Source: Haliotis rubra
Lineage: Eukaryota
Assembly: GCF_003918875.1 (NCBI RefSeq)
Contig: NW_025765346.1
Location: 62,001-126,000 of the forward strand
Length of the DNA: 64,000 bases
Reading direction: 5' to 3'
How positions within the stretch are numbered: position 1 is the stretch's first letter; every line of letters starts with the position of its first letter. Made by a program: the position numbers and the translations under genes. This document shows, piece after piece, positions 12,607 through 25,445 of the stretch. Below the pieces are notes generated by a model. That model saw only the letters and a list, made by a program, of their open reading frames with translations, did no database searches and was not told the DNA's origin.

Positions 12607-13239
12607 TCACGCAGGTGTGGCAGGACTTTGTCAGCATAATATATTACTTTGTAATAATAATAATAATAATTGTAATAATCCACATGTTGTCCTCCTACCT
12701 TATATCTTACTAGCTGGAAAATATACTCATGATATTTGTGCTTTTGCTTAAATAAAATTCAGAAAATGTCAGTCTTTCCTTTGTCCGTATTTTAGTTATG
12801 CTCCGGAACAGAGGGGCATTGTTCCTGATTCCTGGTCACCTTATCCAGAGCTTCATACACTGGCAGTGATAGGTCCCCGGCAATCTGTGTCTGTCTTACT
12901 AGGCTGCAGAAGGGAAGTTGGCAGTGGGGTAGCCTGGTGGTTAAACTGTTCGCTCGTCACGCCGAAGACCCGGGTTCGATTCCCAAGATGGGTATAATGC
13001 GTGAAACCCACGCACTCACCCACAGAGGGGAAGTGGTCAGATTGGTTGTGACTCATGCATACCTTTTGGCCGGTAAAATAATGGGGTGTAATTCATGCCA
13101 TCCACCACTGCTCTGTCTTGACATGTTGATTGACTTGCCTTTGCAAGTGTTTTTGACATGTAATCGACGAAGCATGGTACGCATACCTTTGTGCGAACAC
13201 CCGGTATTATCACAAATCTATTGCGATTCATAAACAATA

Positions 13240-13440
13240 ATATAGGAAAAATTTATGGATAACAACTTCTTTTACGTGAGTGCGACGTTTCGATACCGAT
13301 TCTTGTACCGTTGTTAAGCAGGAATGTAACATGAAATGGATGCGAAGTATATATACTGAGCGTAACAAAAACACCCCAACATAATTAACATAATTGGCTC
13401 TGCTCTAAGCTGATAACGCCAGTGAATCGACAAAAGGAAA
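13240..13440 (-). mobile_element. Probable Penelope-like terminal repeat fragment
   Basis: Minus strand reads TATATATA ... CTTAACAAC-GGTAC-loop-GTATC-GAAACGTCGC, the layout of degenerate minimal hammerhead motifs at Penelope ends. Confidence 0.45.
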
Positions 13441-13558
13441 GGCGTAGAAGGCAGAGCCTCCACTTACTCACATATCTACTTGGTTTCCCTGCCATACACA
13501 GGCAAGACATAAACATACATGATTCTTGACATTAGGCCTTAGCAAACACAAGACTTCA

Positions 13559-13714
13559 GGGGTGGTTGAGTTGGCTGGCGATTAATATTAAAGCGTTTTC
13601 TCGTCGTGCCAAAGACACGATTTCGATTCCCCGCATGAGTACAACGTGTGAAGCCCCGACGTGATATTGCTGGAATATTGCAAAAGTCGGCATAAAACTA
13701 TACTCACTCACTCA
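13559..13714 (+). mobile_element. tRNA-derived SINE family A inserted into one copy of a local duplication
   Basis: B-box-like TTCGATTCCC and tail GATATTGCTGGAATATTGC..CACTCACTC; flanked by ACAAGAC repeat; empty site visible at about 13925-14035. Confidence 0.75.
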
Positions 13715-14074
13715 CAAGACCTACAGACACACAAGACTCTGATGTAGTTTTCACCGAATCTATTCCTGTAAGAGTTACGCCCCAAATACCAGTCTGCACC
13801 CATTGCAGCTAGTACATTTGACAAGGCAGTCTAATTATGTGGTCTTTCAACAGTTGGTTTCCTGTCAGTAACAAACAAACTGCCTAACTTATGCTTACAC
13901 AGAATGAATAATTCAAAGATGCGTAAACATACATAATTTTTGACATTAAGCCTTAGCAAACACGAGACCTACAGAAACAAAAGATGTAGTTTTCACCGAA
14001 TCTAGTCCTGTAAGAGTTTCGCCCCTTATACCAGTCAACAGCTACGTCCTTTCACCTACTTCCAACGGATTTCA

Positions 14075-14520
14075 TCGTTCGTAACTACTCGCCTCTTTCC
14101 GTGACCTACAAGAAGACTCGTATCCCTATCGTACGCCATTATTGCCAAGAATCGTTGCAAACCAATCAAATCGCGCGTAGTAAAACGCATATCGAAGTAT
14201 GAAAATGGCGGCACCATCGAACTTTGAAACTTCGCTAAACTATGCAAAGTACAATTTAAACGTAAACTTTGAGCTAAACGATCAGCAACTTTGACCACTG
14301 AAACATCTTTACGAAGGGAATGACTGTATAGACCACGGGATATGGGATATTCCAGGAATAGCCATGTGTGGAAATTCAATCTTTCTTTGGATATAGTACT
14401 AGACTATTTTCATCCCCGTGCCCGTTTGCTCTTAGACAAGACCCAGTCGTTAACATGGCAACGAGATGGGTACGAGATGCCATCCGGCTTGCCGGAATGA
14501 CACGAGTAGTTACGAATGTA
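14075..14520. mobile_element. Internally deleted DNA transposon with long imperfect inverted repeats and a RecQ-like helicase N-terminal remnant
   Basis: TTCGTAACTACTCG..TCCG..CTCGTATCC at about 14078-14140 inverted at about 14455-14517; from 14205 MAAPSNFETSLNYAKYNLNVNFELNDQQL*PLKHLYEGNDCI. Confidence 0.5.
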
Positions 14521-14998
14521 GGTTTCATACTAAGAAAAAATCTTCGTTGCTTACTTACAAAAAATAATCCAGAGAAGCGTGAAGGATTTGGGATATCATG
14601 CACTCAATGTGTCTGTTGTCTTTAACTTACTACCTTGACCAATGTATTGCTATGTATAGACAGGCAGTAGAGACCTTTCACCAGATAATTCAACACTGTG
14701 ACACTGCTAAAACCTTTCATCAGTACAATCAACTTTTGGTTTGGCAGTAAAACCTAAAGACAAATCCATTCCTTTTCATAAAAACTGGATTCTAATGCTC
14801 CATAAAAATTAGTATAACAAAGACACATTGCTGGGTCAAGCAGATGTTCCTCCAAATAACTGTCTTAAAGATACACCATCTATAATCCCTAACGTTGTCA
14901 AGGAAACACTTTTTTCTAAATTCATAGAAAGTATTTGAGATAAGTACTCTTCAGGTTATGTGGAATAGCAATGAATTTGCTTGATTTTGTACAGATAA

Positions 14999-15150
14999 GA
15001 GTGAGTGAGTGAGTTTAGTTTTACGCCACACTCAGCAACATTCCAGCTGTATGGCAGCGGTCTGTAAATAATCGAGTCTGGACCAGACAATCCAGTGATC
15101 AACAGCATGAGCATCGACCTACGCAACTGGTATACGATGACATGTCTTGA
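14999..15150 (-). mobile_element. SINE family B, 5'-truncated
   Basis: Near identical to the 3' part of 857-1122. Confidence 0.85.
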
Positions 15151-15817
15151 CCGTGGACCATGACGAGATATTGTCACAGATGCACACACGATTATATGAA
15201 TGTAATAAAAATAAAAAGCAATATGCTGATATGTAATTATTACAAGCTGTAACCAATGAATATTAATTCCAGACACAAGGCCTATGTTCAAGGAAAAACG
15301 CGCAGTTGTGAAACGTTTTTGTGTGTGTCTGCAAAACTTAGTTTGGTATGATCAGCAAGTCTTGACTGCCTCGCACTCGCTTCCTTTTGTATTTTAGTTT
15401 TGTAGTTATAATTGTTTAATTACGACAGCCTTATGTCCGGAACTACGTATAAGTGCAATGCTGTAATGCCATGTTTCACGATGCAATACACGATTACTTT
15501 GTTTTAGTATCGATTCATATTTTGACATATATCGATTATTATTTTGATGTTGCACCGATATTTCATGTACAACATTTTTGTTAATACAAACAGGACATTA
15601 TTAAAAGTGAACATAACACATTCTTTGCTTGTAGTTCTGTTATACAGTTCTGTTATACAGAACTTCAAATGTGACTAGACTTGGTGAGTGTGGTTGATGG
15701 ATACTTGGCTGATAGTCAGTCTTCCCAACTCTAAACTAATTGGTGACTGGTGAGCTGTGGTATGAAGTTGCCATTCAGGAAATGGCTGCTTGTTACGCGC
15801 AAAATATCGGAGAAGTA

Positions 15818-16515
15818 GTATCGCGATACGTATCGTACCGTGACCTCAGTATTTAGATACGTATCGTGTCGTGATCCCAGTGTTGAGATACGAATCGTAC
15901 CGTGACATCAGTATCGAGATACGTATCGTACCGTGACTTGAGTATCGAGATACGAATCGTATCGTGATCCCAGTATCGAGATACGAATCGTACCGCGACC
16001 ACAGTGTCGAGATACGAATCGTGCCGTGACCTCAGTATCGAGATACGTATCGTATCGCCGCCTCAGTATTGAGATATCGTATTGTGATATCGTATCTTGA
16101 CTTCAGTGTCGAGGTACGTATCGTACCGTGACCTCAGTATCGAGATAAGTATCGTATCGTGACTTCAGTATCGAGATGCGTGTCGTACCGTGACATCAGA
16201 ATCGAGATACGTATCGTATCGGGACTTCAGTATCGAGATACGTGTCGCACCGTGACCTCAGTATCGAGATACGTATCGTATCGTGACTTCAGTATCGAGA
16301 TACGTATCGTACCGTAACCTCAGTATCGAAACACGTATGGCATCGTGACGTCAGTATCGAGATACGTGTCGTACCGTGACCTCAGTATCGAGATACGTAT
16401 GGAACGGTGACCTCAGTATCTAGAAACGTATCATATCGTGACCTCAGTATCGCGATACGCGTCGTATCGTGACCTCATTAATGAGATACTGAGGCACCTG
16501 TATCGTGACATTCCT
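15818..16515. repeat. 31-bp CpG-rich minisatellite (GTATCGAGATACGTATCGTACCGTGACCTCA), about 22 copies
   Basis: Period 31 (e.g. 15911, 15942); ends in GTATCGTGACATTCCTA, whose reverse complement resembles a hAT-type terminus. Confidence 0.9.
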
Positions 16516-16757
16516 AGTGTAATTTCTTTGTGTCTCTCTCTGATTCTCTCTGTGTGGATATTTTAGTAGTGTGTGTGTGTTGTGTGTATGTGTTGTATGT
16601 GAGTGCATTTGTGTGAGTGTTTCTGTGTGTCACGGAGCCCTGCTCCTGAGAAAGTATATGTGACTAAATAACAATAAAATATTACAAGAATATACAGTTT
16701 TATTACTAGCAGCCAAATGTAACCATAGCTATGGGATGTAAGGGATAAGGACCAGAC

Positions 16758-17555
16758 ACACTGACAAACCCTTGACACTGACAAACCCTGACAAACCCAT
16801 GACACTGACAAACCCCTCACACTGACATTCCCCAGATACTGACAAACCCTGACAAACCCATGACACTGACAAACCCCTGACACTGACAAACCCCTGACAC
16901 TGACAAACCCCTGACACTGACAAACCCCTGACACTGACAAACCCTGACACTGACAAACCCCTGACACTGACAAACCCCTGACACTGACAAACCCCTGACA
17001 CTGACAAACCCCTGACACTGACAAACCCTGACACTGACAAACCCCTGACACTGACAAACCCTGATACTGACAAACCCCTGACACTGACAAACCCTGACAC
17101 TGACAAACCCTTGACACTGACAAACCCCTGACACTGACAAACCCCTGACACTGACAAACTCTGACTACTGACAAACCCTGACACTGACAAACCCCCTGAC
17201 AAACCCTGACAAACCCTGACACTGACAAACCCCTGACACTGACAAACCCCTGACACTGACAAACCCCTGACACTGACAAACCCTGACACTGACAAACCCT
17301 GACACTGACAAACCCCTGACACTGACAAACCCCTGACACTGACAAACCCCTGACACTGACAAACCCTTGACACTGACAAACCCCTGACACTGACAAACCT
17401 GACCGCTGACTGAAACCCCTGACACTGACCCTGACACTGACACCCCTGACAAACAAACCCCTGACACTGACAAACCCCTGATACTGACAAACCCCTGATA
17501 CTGACAAACCCCTGACACTGACAAACCCCTGACACTGACAAACCCCTGACACTGA
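16758..17555. repeat. 16-17-bp minisatellite (TGACACTGACAAACCCC)n
   Basis: Highly homogeneous array of about 48 units; explains the spurious repetitive ORFs here. Confidence 0.95.
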
Positions 17556-17979
17556 TTAATTAGTCATGTTACCACCATAAATACCATCTGATAAGCTGAG
17601 CAAAGTTATAACCGCTATTAGCAAAGGAAGCTAAAACCACACTCTGACAAGACAATCGACAATATGCACAGATAGTCAGTTAAATCGGCTCTAACCAGTA
17701 ATCAGCTGGGTATTAAAATGTCAACGCTCAACAGAGCTAGTAGTTTCGGCTTGGTATTTGGAAATGAATCATGAGGGCCTTACCCAAACTATGTCTCTTG
17801 GATCATAAGAACCCGAGTCTTAAAGAATAAAGTGGATGGAACAAGGAAATGACTGACTTTTAGATGATATGGTCACGTGACATTAACAGTAACTTGTTTC
17901 ACGAAACTAAAAAGTACGTCACCTAAACTGGCAGTCTCGGGACATTGATTACCTTCAGATTACCTGGATAACGGGTATA

Positions 17980-18226
17980 GTTAGTTCGTGAGTTTAGTTT
18001 TAAGCCGCACTCAGCTATATTCCAGCTATATGGCGGCGGTCTGTAAATAATCGAGTCTGGACCAGGCAATCCTGTGATCAACAACATGAGCATCGATCTG
18101 CGCAACTGGGAACCGATGACATGTGTCAACCAAGTCAGCGAGCCTGACCACCCGATCATGTTAGTCGCCTCTTACGAGAAGCATGGGTTACTGAATGTTC
18201 ATTCTAACCCGGACCTTCACGGGTAA
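17980..18226 (-). mobile_element. SINE family B, full length
   Basis: 12-bp TSD ATAACGGGTATA (17968-17979, 18227-18238); same 5' start CCCGTGAAG as 857-1122. Confidence 0.9.
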
Positions 18227-19139
18227 ATAACGGGTATAAAATATACCACCTTGACCGATAGGTATAGCTCGGTAACACTTGAAGCAAGCTAGTACTAGAT
18301 CAAAATGAGACCTTTAAATACTTACTATTGAAACCAAGTGCCGACCTGACCACCCAGTAGCAGTTAGACCCGTCACGGTCAAGCAGTTCCTGGCAATTGT
18401 TATGGTGAAGGCTCTTACACCGGATGCTAGGACTTTCATTTGTAGAAAACACCTCACTCAGTACACTTACTCCGAGTTTTCAAAGTCCAAGGAAATGGAG
18501 CATCGGCCTTCTTCACTCCAAGCACTCACTCTCTCCCCTAGATTAATTAGACGGAATAATTACGAAACCCTAATGCTGCCACTTTTGAGGCATGAATTAT
18601 TTTTTTCAACCACTTTCTCATTGCTGCTAAAGGAGCAACTACAGGTTTATTTAAATATCGAAAAATATTCCAAGGAACAAGAACATTTCTCTAAAACATA
18701 TGAAATGCTTTGAAAGTGGCAGTATTGGGCTTTCGTAGAAAATATCTATTAACTTAAGCATGAACAACAATCGGCAGCATACAGAAGCTTTCACTCCAAA
18801 TCTGAAGCGTCGAAAGCTTGATACGTTTTCACGGTAAATACAGTTGCCTATCAATTTACAAATACGAAACAAGGAAATCCGCTTAATGCTAAATTTACAC
18901 AGTGAATAATAATGAACGTCACGTCAACGAGGTGATTAACAAACACATATCAACGCTTTTGCCATGTTGCAGTCTACCAGGAAGTTCAAAGTCGCCCACT
19001 TGGGGGTTTTGGGGGCTGTTTCATACTCATGCTGAAGTTGCCTCTCTTTTCCTTAGTGAAGTAGGTCAAGTTTAATATTATTGCACATATAACGAGGTTT
19101 ATACAGCAAACAAGAGCTAAGGCAACTGTGAAACAACGG

Positions 19140-19635
19140 CAACCACGTGACAATGGAAACAATGAAGAAAACGGCGATCACGACAATGAGGGAAAGGGCG
19201 ACTGGAAGCAACTGCAATCTAACGGCAATCACGGGGCAACGGCAACAACGAGGAAAGGGCGACTATGAAGCAACGCAATCTAACGGCAATCACGGGGCAA
19301 CGACAACAATGAAGAAACGGCGACTATGAAGCAAACTGCAATCTAACGGCAATCACGGGGCAACGACAACAATGAAGAAACGGCGAGTATGAAGCAACCG
19401 CAATATAACGGCAATCACGGGGCAACGGCAACAACGAGGAAAGGGCGACTATGAAGCAAACGCAATCGAACGGCAATCACGAGGCAACAACGAAGAAAGG
19501 GCGACTCTAAAGCAAGCGCAATCGAACGGCAATCACGAGGCAACAACGAGGAAAGGGCGACTATGAAGCAAACGCAATCTAACGGCAATCACGAGGCAAC
19601 AACGAGGAAAGGGCCAATTTGAAGCAGCCGCAATC
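19140..19635. repeat. 56-63-bp minisatellite, about 8 copies
   Basis: GCGACTATGAAGCAAACGCAATCTAACGGCAATCACG recurs at about 19198, 19259, 19320, 19383, 19445, 19501 and 19557. Confidence 0.9.
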
Positions 19636-19852
19636 AATGAATGAATCACTTAATGAAAAGTTATTGCACTCCTGTGTGCCTGTATGATAAATTTTCGTCA
19701 CGATATGGCTGAGATATTGCCGATATGACGTTAAATATTAACTCACTCACTCACTGTATGATACATATTATGCGAAACAAACATGCACGATGATAGGTCA
19801 AATGCTGGAATAATACAAATTTGATACTGAATATTTTCGTGAGCACATTTAA

Positions 19853-22800
19853 TATTAATAATAATAATAATAGTGGGTATTTGTAACTGCGCCTGTATCC
19901 GTGCATTCAATGATCGCTCAAGGCGCTACAAAGAAAGGTAAATCTATGTGCAATGTAGACAGGAGATTACAAATAGTTGTAGTTAAAAAGGAAAAAAAAG
20001 ATCTAAAAGAAGGATATTGAGAAGTAATGGGTTTTTAGAAGGGACTTGAAAGAGCAGTGATTCGGGCACATTTGATGTCAACTGGCAGTGAATTCAAAGG
20101 CAATGCTGCAGTGTAGGCAAAGGTCCTCTGACCATAGGAGACAAGTCTGACTTCAGGGACTGTAAGTAAGTGCTGATTCTGACATCCTGCAGGGGTGTAC
20201 AGTGTAAGAGGTTCAGATAGATACTCTGGAGCTTGACTGTGGAGACATTTATATACAAGGCACAGGATTTTGAAGTTGACACGATACTTAACAGGGAGCC
20301 AATGTAGGAAAATGAGTGATGAAGTGATGTGATCTCGCTTAGATTCAGACATACAATACGGGCAGCCGTATTTTGAATGGTTTGGAGTTTCTGTACTTGC
20401 ATAGAGTTCAATCCAGCGTGGAGGCTATTTAGTCAAGTCTAGAAAGCACTAGATATCTTACTAAGGCATGGGCACAGTCTGTGGTGATGTATCGGCGGAT
20501 TGAGCTAATGACTCTGAGGTGGTGATGGCAGGCTTTACGTAGATGGTTAATGAGGGCATCGAGTAGGAGATATGAGTCTATGTACACACCAAGGTGTTTG
20601 GCAACAGAGCAAGGTTGAATGACAGAGGGTGCCACCTTGACACCAGAGACTGATACTCCCTGCAGCTGCCTATGGCTGCCGGCTATCAACAGTTCAGTCT
20701 TACTGTCATTGAGCTGCAGCATTCTAGATGTCATCCATCTCTTTATGTCAGACACACAGTCATCCACAATCTGAATGTCTGACAGAAGTGAGCTCCGTCT
20801 CCAGCTGGTAGTGACCTGGGTGTCATCTGCATATCTATAGTGGATGTAACCATGCTTGTTGATAACTGCTGGTAGTGAGTTCGCATAAAGCAGGAACAGA
20901 ATCGGTCCAAGGACCGACCCTTGAGGAACTCCATAGGTTAACTCAAGTCTCGGTGAAGTAACACCCTTAACTGACACTTCTTGGCTCCTACTTCTCAGAT
21001 AAGACTGAAACCACCTCAAAGCAGTTCCTCTCACTCCAAATTGCAAATCTAGGATTTCTAATAGCTGTTCGTGTTCTACAGTGTCAAACGCTGCACTCAA
21101 ATCAATCAACACAAGGGCGACCAAATTCCCGGAATCCAGAATATTTCTCAAGTCATTTACCAATCTTAGGAGAAGGGTTTCTGTGGAATGATGTGGACGA
21201 TATGCCAACTGGAATCTATTGAGTAGGTCATGGGATCATGCCTTTTCAATCAGTTTCGACAGAAATGACAAATTCGACACAGGTCGATAGCTCTTCAGTT
21301 CTGAACTGTCCAATTTGCAGTTTTTTAATCAAAGGCTTGATTATTGCATTTTTCAAAGATTGAGAAAATATGCCAGTTGAAATACTTGTGTTTATGATAT
21401 TTGTGATGACCGGAAGTAGACAATCTAAATGATCCACAACAAGCCGTGTTGGCATAGGGTCAGACGCACAAGTGGTCTTATTCGATTCCATGATAAGGGA
21501 TCTCACATCAGATGAAGAAAAGGGTTGAAAATCAAGGAGAGGCGATCCTTGGAACACAGATTGCTGGTCATGCAGCTGATCAGTGACACGACAGGACAGA
21601 CGTTGTCTGCTATCGAGGATCTTGTCTTTAAAGAACAGTGGCTACTCATTAAACGACTTTGCGAGAGCAACAGGATCTGAAATATCTGGAAGTATATCTT
21701 CACCTTTTTTGCCGTAAATAGAATTTAAAGGTTTTTGAATCTCATGTGGATTGCCTTGGAGACTGGAGATTTTCTGTCTGTAGAATTCTCTCTTACTGTG
21801 CTCTATCGTCTTTGAGACCTTATTTCGAAGTGACTGATATATCTGACGGTGTACAACTAATTTAGTTTTTCTCCACGTCCGTTCAGCACGACGTCTGAGA
21901 CGTTTGGCTTCACGTACAGCCTCACAATACCAAGCACATCCTGGTTTGCGTATGAATGTTCTCTGTTTGACTGGAGCATGTTTATCCAGCACTGTACGGA
22001 GAGCAGTGTTGTAATGTTGAGTCAAGTCAGATGCATCACCTCTATTGGACTCAGACGTGAGGGTCTGCGAGAGGTAGGGGGAAAATGTATTTGTATCAAT
22101 AGTTTTAAGATTTCTGCATGATCGGATTGATTTCTCCAAATCAGGACTCTCCATATTCAACACAGCAAACACAGCATGGTGGTCAGATATAAGTTTGTCC
22201 TCAACTCGAACACTGTCTATGAGATTGTCTCTGGACGTTATAAGCCAATCTAAGGTATGACCTGATCTATGGGATGGTTGACAAATGTGCTGTGTAAGAC
22301 CATGGGAAGATAAAAGTGATTTTATTTTCTGCACGCCTGGTTTCTTGTCGTCATCAAAGTGCACATTAAAATCGCCAATGTAAATAGTGTTTTCTTTTGG
22401 TGACGATGCCCAAAGACGGGCAAGATCATTATAGAAATCAGAATGACTGAGCTTGTTTTGGCAGAAGGTGGTGGGCGATATAGACATATAGCCCTTATGG
22501 TTGTATTGAACAAAATTATCTTCACATTAAGATGTTCAAAGGATGTGTAAACATCAAGAGATGTAACCGAATGCATACATAAACTGTTTCTGTGGATCAT
22601 AGCGACACCACCACCCCTTCCTGTCCGGGCTACATGTTTAAATGAATAACCATCTGGTGTCATATCAGAGACAAGCCCCTCATCACCAGTATCATATAAC
22701 CACGTTTCAGTCAGAAACAGTATATCCAGGATTTCATCCAAGATTAAGTCAGCAATGTCATTAGTTTTGTTTCTCGCTGATTGTGAGTTCAGTAGGGCAA

Positions 22801-22965
22801 CACCAATGTGTTTACGAGCGGGCATTGGATGAACAGTGATCAGATTCGATTTGTTGACACCCCTTTGACACTTGAGGGGGTAGTTGATGACTGAAAAACA
22901 CTTATCTTTCGTACTTTGTTGCGTCCACCTCTACAGCCCCTCTTTGCCTTCTTCTTAACGCACAA
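19853..22965 (-). mobile_element. L2/CR1-group LINE, ORF2 (APE endonuclease plus RT), frameshifted
   Basis: LLNSQSARNK, FLTETWL, IGDFN and SDHHAV (APE); DLSAAFDTV, GVPQGSVLGP and YADDTQ (RT); LHWLPV C-terminal motif; GCGCCTTGAG..AGGCGC tail ending in (TAT)n. Confidence 0.9.
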
Positions 22966-24047
22966 GCCCAGCTGTCTGACTGTGCTGTAGACAGACTGGG
23001 TGTGTGTGTGAGTGTTTGTGTGTGTGTGTGTCTGTAGGGTGTTACATCAGGTGTGTTGTGATGTAAGCCCAGCTGTCTGACTGTGCTGTAGACAGACTGG
23101 GGGAGTCTGTAGGGTGTTACATAAGGGGTGTTGTGATGTAAGCCCAGCTGTCTGACTGTGCTGTCGACAGACTGGGGGGTCTGTAGGGTGTTACATAAGG
23201 TGTGTTTTGATGTAAGCCCAGCTGTCCGACTGTGCTGTAGGGTGTTACAGACTGTTGGGAGTCTGACTGTGCTGTAGCCAGACTGGGGGTGTCTGTAAGG
23301 TGTGTGTTGTGATGTAAGCCCAGCTGTCTGACTGTGCTGTAGCCAGACTGGGGAGTCTGTAGGGTGTTACATAAGTGTGTTGTAGTAGCCCAGCTGTCTG
23401 ACTGTGCTAGCCAGACTGGGGGGTCTGTAGGTGTTACATAAGGTGTTGTGATGTAAGCCCAGCTGTCTGACTGTGCTGTAGCCAGACTGGGCGGTCTGTA
23501 GGGTGTTACATAAGGTGTGTTGTGATGTAAGCCCAGCTGTCTGACTGTGCTGTAGCCAGACCGGGGGGTCTGTAGGGTGTTACATCAGGTGTGTTGTGAT
23601 GTAAGCCCAGCTGTCTGACTGTGCTGTAGCCAGACTGGGCGGTATGTAGGGTGTTACATAAGGTGTGTTGTGATGTAAGCCCTGCTGTCTGACTGTGCTG
23701 TAGACAGACTGAGGGAGTCTGTAGGGTGTTACATAAGGTGTGTTGTGATGTAAGCCCTGCTGTCTGACTGTGCTGTAGCCAGACTGGGGGGTCTGTAGGG
23801 TGTTACATAAGGTGTGTTGTGATGTAAGCCCAGCTGTCTGACTGTGCTGTAGCCAGACTGGGGGTCTGTAGGGTGTTACATAAGGTGTGTTGTGATGTAA
23901 GCCCAGCTGTCTGACTGTGCTGTAGCCAGACTGGGGGTCTGTAGGGTGTTACATAAGGTGTTGTGATGTAAGCCCAGCTGTCTGACTGTGCTGTAGCCAG
24001 ACTGGGGGTGTCTGTAGGGTGTTACATAAGGTGTTGTGATGTAAGCC
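22965..24047. repeat. About 73-bp minisatellite, about 14 copies, at the 5' part of the L2 element
   Basis: Unit GTAAGCCCAGCTGTCTGACTGTGCTGTAGCCAGACTGGGGGTCTGTAGGGTGTTACATAAGGTGTGTTGTGAT. Confidence 0.9.
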
Positions 24048-25319
24048 TACTGGGCTGTCGGGCCTCAATCACAGCAGCTTGTCCCTTTTGCATGTCATCC
24101 TCTGTTTGGTAGCCATGATATCAATGGAGTTCACTGGGTGGATATAGTCAGCTTGGGTGATCTCACTGGTAGGTCCTTTTGTGAATAGTAAAATATACAC
24201 ATGGACTAAAACTGTCACAAAGTTCACCACTGTTGATATTTCCATGATCATTGCATATCGAAATGCTCCATGCATCACAAGCAAGATTTGGGTCATTGAA
24301 GTTTTCTTAATATGAGTAGAATAAACCATGAAACTTTGCAAAAGCGTGGGAGAGTCCTGCCTGCTGCCTACTGGCACTGACGACCCATACTTAGCTAATC
24401 TCTACTCCCCTGTTAAAAAGAGATCGGTTGGTTCATTGGTTGGTTGATGTTTAACGCAGCACTCAGCAATATTCCAGCTATAGGGCAGGGTCTGTAAATA
24501 ATCGAGTCTGGACCAGATTGAGCATTGATATTCGTAATTGGGATACTATGACATATGTCAACCAAATCAGCGAACCTGAAAAGAGAATGGTCAGAGGTTC
24601 GATCCCTGGCCGCATGATACCAAAATGCCTTAATTTATGGTACTTGTTGTTTCCCTGTCTGACACTCGACATTATCTCAGTACTCACTGCATTCATCAAA
24701 AGGCAAAACATGACATTTGTTAGGATCTCTGGCTTGTGGACTGGCACCTTGACAAGGTCACTTTGGGATTGTTTTGACTCGCCAGGGCGTGGTCCCTACA
24801 ACATTCAAGGCGGTGGGTGAAATACTGTTTATTGAACTTGGCCTACCGTATATTGATTCGAGTAGGTGTTACAAAACAGTGAGTGAGTGAGTGAGTTGGG
24901 TTTCATTCAGCTTTTAGCAATATTCCAGCAATATCAGGGCTGGGAACACAAGAAATGGCCTCGCACATTGTACCCATGTGGGGACTCGAAGGCTTTAACC
25001 GCCATGCTGCACCACCTCCTTGTCAGAGGGACACCTACTATATGAGAATATTGTTTATGTTTTACACCGCACTTTGCAATATTCCAGGTGCAAGACGGCG
25101 GTCTGTTATTTACCTGTACCAGACAATCCATGGATATTAAGACCAATTAACCACCCATAGATTTAAATGATAAGCATGTGAACAAAAGTCACCAAGCCTG
25201 ATAGCCAGATCTTTGCTGTCGGTTACTACTACCAATTACATATATTGCTGGAGATATATTAAAAAACGGAATACCCACCAGGAAGATCAGGGAAAGACAG
25301 CGACATAGGAGGAAGTTGG

Positions 25320-25445
25320 AGAATACTGAGTCATCACTGGGTCTGTATGAGTCTCTGAAAAGGAAGAGAAAATAACTCCAGGGAATTCCACCAGGGCAGA
25401 GCAGTGAAGATAAACATGGATGTGAGATCATCCTGGAGATTCCCA
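25320..25445 (+). promoter_or_regulatory. Candidate inflammatory promoter module of TNF ligand 1 (AP-1 plus two NF-kB-like sites)
   Basis: TGAGTCA at 25327-25333; GGGAATTCCA at 25381-25390; GGAGATTCCC at 25435-25444 (reverse complement GGGAATCTCC fits GGGRNWYYCC); 190-310 bp upstream of the ATG. Confidence 0.5.

Noticed and set aside
15818-16515. Regular palindromic 31-bp repeats resembling a CRISPR array
   Set aside because: Units are head-to-tail with no unique spacers, there are no cas genes, and the context is eukaryotic
16563-17552. Long Cys/Val/Gly-rich ORFs (329, 270, 119 and 107 aa)
   Set aside because: Translations of the 16-17-bp minisatellite; open in several frames only because the unit lacks stops on that strand
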